A program made the position numbers and the translations under genes. Under the pieces are notes generated by a model, which was given only the letters and a program-made list of their open reading frames with translations, did no database searches and had not been told where the DNA came from. A stretch of DNA of 23,288 nt, from NCBI GenBank assembly GCA_048881705.1, contig JBHLSH010000063.1, positions 1-23,288 of the forward strand, given 5' to 3'. Every line of letters starts with the position of its first letter. The stretch's first letter is position 1. The DNA is from Candidatus Heimdallarchaeota archaeon. GTDB taxonomy: Archaea; Asgardarchaeota; Heimdallarchaeia; Hodarchaeales; Hodarchaeaceae. Of this stretch, positions 17,907-23,288 are shown in pieces.

Positions 17907-18005
17907 TCAATCCATATTAAAATAGAAGAAAGCAATTAATCCTATGATAAATATGACCGCAAATACTAGGAATAAGGCTGCACGAAGAAGTTTTGCATAC
18001 TCCAA
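17907..18005 (-). CDS. Small single-TM protein, 32 aa (MEYAKLLRAALFLVFAVIFIIGLIAFFYFNMD), absent from the ORF track
   Basis: TTG start at 18005 with GGAG SD at 6-nt spacing, basic N-terminus, an uninterrupted hydrophobic run of about 20 residues, and a TGA stop at 17907. Confidence 0.5.
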   Translation of the reverse strand: MEYAKLLRAALFLVFAVIFIIGLIAFFYFNMD

Positions 18006-18176
18006 GTTAATCTCCGCTTTCAGAAACACAAGGTTTAGAGGATTTATTACTTTTTCAATGGTGGCCGCTGGTCAGGAAAGCTAGACCTGCAAACCTTGCG
18101 CAACAAAAAAGCGTAGAAATGAGGTCTTCTCTTAAAACTTGCCAAATGACGGGAATAAAGTAAGGATGGAAGGTTT

Positions 18177-19205
18177 TCAAGAGCCTATTTTGGATTTTGT
18201 CGCTCGAATATTGGCGGCAGAAATTGAGGTAGATAATTCCTTGATTTCTTCGGAAGAGATATCTATTTCAATGGGTTCTCCATCCAGAATGACGCGAGCC
18301 TTCCTTGTTCCTTCAAAATTCTCTTCTGATAGTTTCTTATTCTGCGGATCCCGAGGAGAAAGGATCATCTTATCCAATATTTCGACATTAGCAAATCCAG
18401 CGGATTCTATAAGACTGAGGTACTCTTGTTCTGTTTGCGATCTTGTAAGACATCCAGGAACGTTTTGAATTGCATCTCTTACAACCTTTGGAAGTTCCTT
18501 CTCCAAGATTATGTCGGAAATCACCAATCGGCCGCCAGGCTTTAGAACTCGATATGCATCACGGAATACTTGCGATTTATCAACGGATAGATTAATGACG
18601 CAGTTTGATATAATAAGATCCGCTGTATTGTCTGCAATAGGTAAATGTTCGATTTCACCAAGTCGAAATTCGACGTTGTCGTAGTTACCTGATCGAGCAT
18701 TGTTACGTGCCTTATCAATCATTTCTGGAGTCATATCCACTCCTATGACTTTTCCGTTGTTCCCCGTCTTCTTTGAAGCGAGAAAGACATCCACGCCCGC
18801 TCCTGATCCAAGGTCCACCACAACCTCGCCTGGTTGAACTGAAGCCAGTTTTACGGGATTACCTGAGCCCAAGCCTAGATTAGCCCCTTGCGGAATACTG
18901 TCCAATTCTTCTTCAGAATACCATGTATAGTCGCTTTCTTCAATGTTTTGCTTGAGGATTTCAGATCCAATGTCCTCAGATTTGTGAGTCTTAGTTGCAA
19001 TTGATCGATATTGGTTACGAACTTCTTTCCGCACGGCAGTCTCATCAATTATCTCCTGTGAACTTTTCTCAGAAGTTGATGTAGACCCGCAACACGAGTA
19101 GCTGCGATCAGAAAGGGGTTCTATCAGTGGTGATTCGAGATTAATTTTCGATTCGATATTTTTTTGGTTATCGTTAACCTTTTTGGAATTTTCCAGATCT
19201 TTCAT
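18177..19205 (-). CDS. arsM: Arsenite methyltransferase (ArsM-like), variant cysteine set
   Basis: [51 protein letters not shown], a PGC motif and an N-terminal CC. Confidence 0.85.
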   Translation of the reverse strand: MKDLENSKKVNDNQKNIESKINLESPLIEPLSDRSYSCCGSTSTSEKSSQEIIDETAVRKEVRNQYRSIATKTHKSEDIGSEILKQNIEESDYTWYSEEELDSIPQGANLGLGSGNPVKLASVQPGEVVVDLGSGAGVDVFLASKKTGNNGKVIGVDMTPEMIDKARNNARSGNYDNVEFRLGEIEHLPIADNTADLIISNCVINLSVDKSQVFRDAYRVLKPGGRLVISDIILEKELPKVVRDAIQNVPGCLTRSQTEQEYLSLIESAGFANVEILDKMILSPRDPQNKKLSEENFEGTRKARVILDGEPIEIDISSEEIKELSTSISAANIRATKSKIGS

Positions 19206-19245
19206 ACGATTTCCTTCTTTTAATTCACGAATGATTCCGTCAGTA

Positions 19246-19300
19246 AATATTCATCATCAATATTCTTATGGAATATTCCCGAGAAACAAATATTTATATA
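19246..19300. promoter_or_regulatory. Array of AATATT palindromic boxes plus TATA box between arsM and padR
   Basis: AATATTC at 19246, 19259 and 19272 (13-bp period), GGAATATTCC palindrome at 19270-19279, a fourth AATATT at 19289, and TTTATATA at 19293-19300. Confidence 0.5.
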
Positions 19301-19364
19301 GATTGAGGTCAAGGTAAACAGCATACATCACTTCGAGAATTCCTTAATTGCGCACAAACTCAAT

Positions 19365-19787
19365 GTGTTGAGCATGATCGGTAAGAATATTGAGGTTACA
19401 TCTTTAGAAGCCCTGTTCTTAATGACCCTCTACAATTCCTCATCCTTATCGGGAACAGAAATTGTACAGAAAATTAGAAATGATCTAGGAGAGAACTGGA
19501 CCCCCACCACTGGAGCCACATATAAGATCGTCCAGTCATTAACAGAAAAGGGCTATATCAAAGAAACAACATTGGATGCCCGAAAAGACAAGCGGATTCG
19601 AACGTATGCGCTGACAGTGAAGGGTAAGGAGATGGTAAGCGAAGTAACAATGCGAGTACAAAAATTACTGGGTTTTTTGGCTGATTGTTGTCCAGATGTA
19701 TGCGAAGGCGTAGTTATGATCGTTAGAAAAGATAAGGATTCTGATTTATCTATGATTGGCTTTAGACAAGAAGATGGCTCGCAATAA
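19365..19787 (+). CDS. PadR-family winged-helix transcriptional regulator with C-terminal CC-x3-C motif
   Basis: LSGTEIVQKI, WTPTTGATYKIVQSLTEKGYI and RTYALTVKGK match PadR. The start could be ATG 19374. Confidence 0.85.
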   Translation: MLSMIGKNIEVTSLEALFLMTLYNSSSLSGTEIVQKIRNDLGENWTPTTGATYKIVQSLTEKGYIKETTLDARKDKRIRTYALTVKGKEMVSEVTMRVQKLLGFLADCCPDVCEGVVMIVRKDKDSDLSMIGFRQEDGSQ

Positions 19788-19832
19788 TCTGGAATTCTGC
19801 TGAATTTGCTCTGTCTAGTTATTACAACTTCC

Positions 19833-20129
19833 CTACAATTCCTTACCATAAAAACTAGTTATATCAAAATAGATCGTCACTTCAGATCCATCTTTCTTCT
19901 GTATGTCCATCCGATCATAGAACTTCCCATCTTCCGAGAGTAAAGATTGCTGTATCAATACCCATTCTTTTCCTCGGCGACCGAATAGTTCGGCCAGATA
20001 TCGATATTCTTTTTCAATTCCCTCGAAATGATCTCCAACCTTTTTTATGATGATTGAATCTTGTGTTGAATGACCTCTTCTGGCAGGTTTCTCCGGTATG
20101 CCGCTTCGTTCCCAATTTACTTCATTTTC
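19833..20129 (-). CDS. Conserved-looking hypothetical ~95-aa protein with no in-frame canonical start (possible frameshift or ATA start); absent from the ORF track
   Basis: 98-codon open frame ...GHSTQDSIII...EGIEKEYRYLAELFGRRGKEWVLIQQSLLSEDGKFYDRMDIQKKDGSEVTIYFDITSFYGKEL*. It resembles an uncharacterised family I recall ending in YFDITxFxGK. Confidence 0.68.
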   Translation of the reverse strand, partial: ENEVNWERSGIPEKPARRGHSTQDSIIIKKVGDHFEGIEKEYRYLAELFGRRGKEWVLIQQSLLSEDGKFYDRMDIQKKDGSEVTIYFDITSFYGKEL

Positions 20130-20709
20130 TCAAAGTAGGATCAACAAACTTCCACCTAGTGATGTCATTATTTTCATAGGCCATTCTCTCTTCTTCAGTT
20201 GTTGGAAGAACGTCAAATGAACAATGATCATCGCCGCATGTAGCACACGTCAAATGAATGAACTTTTCTTTTGGATTTGATGCCATACTCTTGGCCGCAT
20301 CCACGTAACAGTAGAAACGCCCAAATTCGAGCTCGTTTTGATCACGAAAGATTTTTGCAAGTGTACAACCATACGCAGTAAGTTTACCATCTTCATTTTC
20401 GATCAATTTCGAATACACTCCCCATCTTGGTAAATCCTGGCCCCCTTTCTTAACTGAGTCAATGATTCTACGCCCATATTCCTTGATTGATTTAATGATG
20501 AGGTTCTCGCCACGCTCACGGCCGAGCTCTTCAATGATAGTTTTAGAGAACGATAGGTGCAATAAGGCCAAACGGGTCAGTGCAACTTGCACTTCTTTTT
20601 TCGCATCTTCCAATGAAACATATTCTGAATCGCTAGACATAATTGCCGCATTCACCTTGCTTGTCTCTAAAGGTTTTGTCATACCTTTAGGAAATGGGTG
20701 TTTAGTCAA
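20122..20709 (-). CDS. L-2-amino-thiazoline-4-carboxylic acid hydrolase family (V4R/HNOX-like fold) protein
   Basis: IKEYGRRI, GCTLAKIF, GRFYCYVD and CATCGDDHCSF pattern. The start could be ATG 20682. Confidence 0.78.
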   Translation of the reverse strand: MTKHPFPKGMTKPLETSKVNAAIMSSDSEYVSLEDAKKEVQVALTRLALLHLSFSKTIIEELGRERGENLIIKSIKEYGRRIIDSVKKGGQDLPRWGVYSKLIENEDGKLTAYGCTLAKIFRDQNELEFGRFYCYVDAAKSMASNPKEKFIHLTCATCGDDHCSFDVLPTTEEERMAYENNDITRWKFVDPTLRK

Positions 20710-20792
20710 CTCTGTTGATTTGCGAATTAGCTTTCGTTTCCCAAGCTCTCAGAGCAAAGATATAAGAAAAAATCGCGTTGAAAGTCTGAATT

Positions 20793-21323
20793 ATGGCCAG
20801 TGACCGAAAGGTTGTACCTGTCCTAGAACAGGAATTAGAATACCGTTTTCAGGAATTACTAAACCAGCTAGCTATGCTGTCGAAAACAGAGGCCAAGTGG
20901 TTACCAACTCGTAATTCGATGACGTTGGAAACTATAAAAATGTGGAATGCCAAAGGGAGCGATTGGCTTGAGGCACAAAGGTTTGATCCTCTTTCTACTA
21001 TAGAATTTAAGGTGATACATTTAGCACATTGCAAGATAATGTACGATGACTATGCTTTCAGAGAAGGTAAGTTAAAGTGGAGTACGTTGGATTCGCCCGA
21101 ATGGCCTGTCTGTGTTAATTACTTAGAAGAGACTCAAAATCGATTAATGGAAAGTATTCGGTTGTTGACAGATCAACAACTGAAGCAGGAGGTTTCTACA
21201 AACTGGGGGGACTTGTGGCCTATTAAGAAAATCATTTTCACGATGATTCATCATGATTCCTATCATCACGGCCAAATAAATACTATTAGAAAACTCTATC
21301 GAACCAAGAAGGAAAGCTTCTGA
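20793..21323 (+). CDS. DinB/YfiT family protein
   Basis: His metal motif IHLAHC...MIHHDSYHHGQI, plus LMESIRLLTDQQL. Confidence 0.85.
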   Translation: MASDRKVVPVLEQELEYRFQELLNQLAMLSKTEAKWLPTRNSMTLETIKMWNAKGSDWLEAQRFDPLSTIEFKVIHLAHCKIMYDDYAFREGKLKWSTLDSPEWPVCVNYLEETQNRLMESIRLLTDQQLKQEVSTNWGDLWPIKKIIFTMIHHDSYHHGQINTIRKLYRTKKESF

Positions 21324-21623
21324 CCCATGCAACATTCAAGCTTAATACAGTTCTGGAAAAAAACGGATGAAAGCGGACCACATGGACAAAAAAAAGGATT
21401 TTAATCTTTAATAAAGCCAATAAAAATCAATCAACAGGATATGAATTGTTTTCCTTCGATTCTATCCTAATTTTTCGCTTTGAATACATTCTGTCTGTGG
21501 CTAGTGGTTACAGACAATACTGACACCAAAATGGGCGATTACTACGATTTCAGATTCTCTAGGATGTTTATTCTTTTTCAGGGCCACCCAATGCTAAAAA
21601 ACCTCAAGCTCTCTGAGGCAAAC

Positions 21624-22724
21624 ATGCGAGCTAGGCAATTGGGTATCCCGTTTCGAGGAACTCCAGGCAAGTTCAATGCGATAACCGATGTGCAGGGAGT
21701 AGAAGTTGGCCATTGCACAATAATTAAAGGTGAAGGTAAGCTTATTGTGGGCCAAGGACCGATCCGGACAGGTGTTACAGGAATCTTTCCTCTTGGTAAG
21801 ACTCCGACAGAAGTTTTCGCCGCTTTTTATTCTTACAACGGAAATGGAGAGATGACAGGGGCAGCTTGGATCGAGGAGACTGGTCACCTTAAGGGTCCTA
21901 TCTGTATCACGAATACGCACAGTGTTGGTACTGTGAGAGATGCTGTGATCGAATGGAGACTAAAACGTAATCTGATCGGTAAGGACGAGGAATTCTTTTG
22001 GGAGCTTCCGGTTATTGCTGAAACTTACGATGGGATCCTCAATGATATTAACGGATTTCACGTAAAAAGCGAACATGTTTTTCAAGTATTAGATGATGCA
22101 TCCTCCGGCCAAGTAAAGGAAGGAAACGTAGGGGGTGGAACAGGTATGGTATGTCATCAGTTCAAAGGGGGGATCGGTACTAGTTCGAGAAGGGTGCTGG
22201 ATAAATTTATGTTAGGAGCCTTAGTTCAATGTAACTATGGTATTCGTCAAGATTTAACCATTGCCGGCGTTCCGGTGGGTGAGGAATTAGCTGGTCTCTT
22301 ACCAGAAATTAACACACCCAGGTTTGAAAGGGATTATAGAGTCGGTTCGATTATTGTAATCCTTGCAATTGATGCACCATTACTGCCATATCAGCTGAAA
22401 CGCTTGGTGAAAAGGATTCCCGCGGGTATCGCCAAGGTTGGAGGTTATGGAGGGCATTTTTCGGGTGATCTATTCCTTGCTTTCTCGACGGCAAACATTC
22501 TCAACAACGGATCTGGCCAAGAAAATCCCGTGATGAATGTAAAGACATTGGGAGACCCCCACATGACTCCGTTATTCAAAGCCGTTGCGGATGCCACCGA
22601 AGAAGCTATAATCAACGCCTTAATTAGTGCAAAAACAATGACAGGGATAAACAATAACACCGTTTATTCTCTCCCGCATTCGGAATTGAAAGAAGTCTTA
22701 GAAAAATATAATAGGCTACTATAA
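21624..22724 (+). CDS. dmpA: P1/S58 family peptidase (DmpA, L-aminopeptidase/D-esterase)
   Basis: NAITDVQGVEVGH, NGNGEMTG, TNTHSVG, EGNVGGGTGM, autocleavage G|SII and SGDLFLAFST. Start placed at ATG 21624 (GAGG upstream); the track gives 21480. Confidence 0.92.
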   Translation: MRARQLGIPFRGTPGKFNAITDVQGVEVGHCTIIKGEGKLIVGQGPIRTGVTGIFPLGKTPTEVFAAFYSYNGNGEMTGAAWIEETGHLKGPICITNTHSVGTVRDAVIEWRLKRNLIGKDEEFFWELPVIAETYDGILNDINGFHVKSEHVFQVLDDASSGQVKEGNVGGGTGMVCHQFKGGIGTSSRRVLDKFMLGALVQCNYGIRQDLTIAGVPVGEELAGLLPEINTPRFERDYRVGSIIVILAIDAPLLPYQLKRLVKRIPAGIAKVGGYGGHFSGDLFLAFSTANILNNGSGQENPVMNVKTLGDPHMTPLFKAVADATEEAIINALISAKTMTGINNNTVYSLPHSELKEVLEKYNRLL

Positions 22725-22750
22725 AGGTTTTAAGTGGATGTGCAGAATAA

Positions 22751-23288
22751 ATGACATATCTGGAGAAGCCGTGGCAGAAAAGTTACTTTATTGGCCCCTT
22801 TAAACTAAAAAAAACCATGGCTCCTTATCCCAAAATCAATGTATATAAGTTCTTGAAGGATGCTACTGAAGAATACCCGGACAATATCGCCCTAGCATAT
22901 TTAAACACTGAACTTACGTACACACAGCTTTTGGAGGACGTTAACAGATTTGCAAACGCTTTACTTAGTCTAAATGTCCAGAAAGGGGATATGGTTTCTA
23001 CCGTACTACCAACATGTCCTCAGTTTGTAATTGCGGACTATGCCATTATGGGCATCGGCGCTGTCCATGTTCCTCTTAGTATATTGCATAAGGCCCCTGA
23101 ACTAAGGTATGAATTGGCTACTTCTAAATCCAAAGTACTTATCTGCTCCTCACGACGATTAGAGAGAGCTTTATCCATAAAGGATGAGACGAGTCTGGAA
23201 CATATTATTCATACTCCAGTCCCAATCTTTCCTGACTATGAACTTCTTGATATGGAAACAACTCCCAATGTTCTCTCTTTTGAGGAGT
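22751..23288 (+). CDS. Long-chain fatty acid--CoA ligase / AMP-binding enzyme, 5' partial (runs off the window)
   Basis: Translated by hand: MTYLEKPWQKSYFIGPFKLKKTMAPYP...YPDNIALAY...LTYTQLLEDVNRFANAL...QKGDMV...LPTCPQF...IGAVHVP. No stop before the window end. Confidence 0.9.
   Translation, partial: MTYLEKPWQKSYFIGPFKLKKTMAPYPKINVYKFLKDATEEYPDNIALAYLNTELTYTQLLEDVNRFANALLSLNVQKGDMVSTVLPTCPQFVIADYAIMGIGAVHVPLSILHKAPELRYELATSKSKVLICSSRRLERALSIKDETSLEHIIHTPVPIFPDYELLDMETTPNVLSFEE

Noticed and set aside
18060-18110. GGTC...GACC hairpin and TTGCGCAA palindrome downstream of arsM, considered as a SECIS-like element or terminator
   Set aside because: The stem is short, arsM has no in-frame TGA, and SECIS consensus features are not convincingly present.
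19553-19849. 98-aa minus-strand ORF from the track
   Set aside because: Mostly antisense to padR and in a different frame from the real hidden ORF that ends at 19833; a shadow ORF.
570-22660. Other short overlapping ORFs in the track (e.g. 570-803, 4112-4414, 7112-7399, 15597-15887, 18139-18468, 20462-20803, 21594-21920)
   Set aside because: They are antisense or alternate-frame shadows of well-supported genes and carry no motifs of their own.
1-23288. tRNA, rRNA, CRISPR arrays, IS elements, integrases
   Set aside because: No cloverleaf or T-loop context, regularly spaced repeats, terminal inverted repeats or recombinase motifs were seen on manual reading.

Overview
This gene-dense 23.3-kb prokaryotic window holds about 26 protein-coding regions, mostly small-molecule, detoxification and cofactor enzymes. 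I saw no rRNA, tRNA, CRISPR array, transposase or integrase. An archaeal host, possibly Asgard (Heimdallarchaeia-like), is inferred from TATA-like promoters, TTG/GTG starts, the style of the TPR protein, the lipoate ligase/GcvH pair and a TAT-less reductive dehalogenase; this is not proven. Gene order: aldo-keto reductase, membrane protein, terpene-cyclase-fold protein, lipoate ligase divergent from GcvH/LbpA-like + MBL hydrolase + degenerate NadE, M29 aminopeptidase, GNAT, rhodanese, CoA-binding protein, TPR protein, truncated methyltransferase, SRPBCC protein, membrane-fused and soluble PNPOx-like pair, SDR, reductive dehalogenase-like protein, small ORF, arsM divergent from a PadR regulator, a hidden ORF, ATC-hydrolase-family protein, DinB, DmpA peptidase and a partial acyl-CoA ligase. 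Best leads: (1) a PadR-fold regulator with a C-terminal CC-x3-C motif resembling an ArsR As(III) site, facing arsM across a 13-bp-periodic operator-like array; (2) an sLpl(AB)/LbpA-like lipoylation module linked to an MBL and a degenerate NadE, with no sHdr or glycine-cleavage partners in the window; (3) a membrane-anchored tandem pair of flavin/F420 split-barrel proteins. All assignments come from recognising motifs by eye; no database searches were run.
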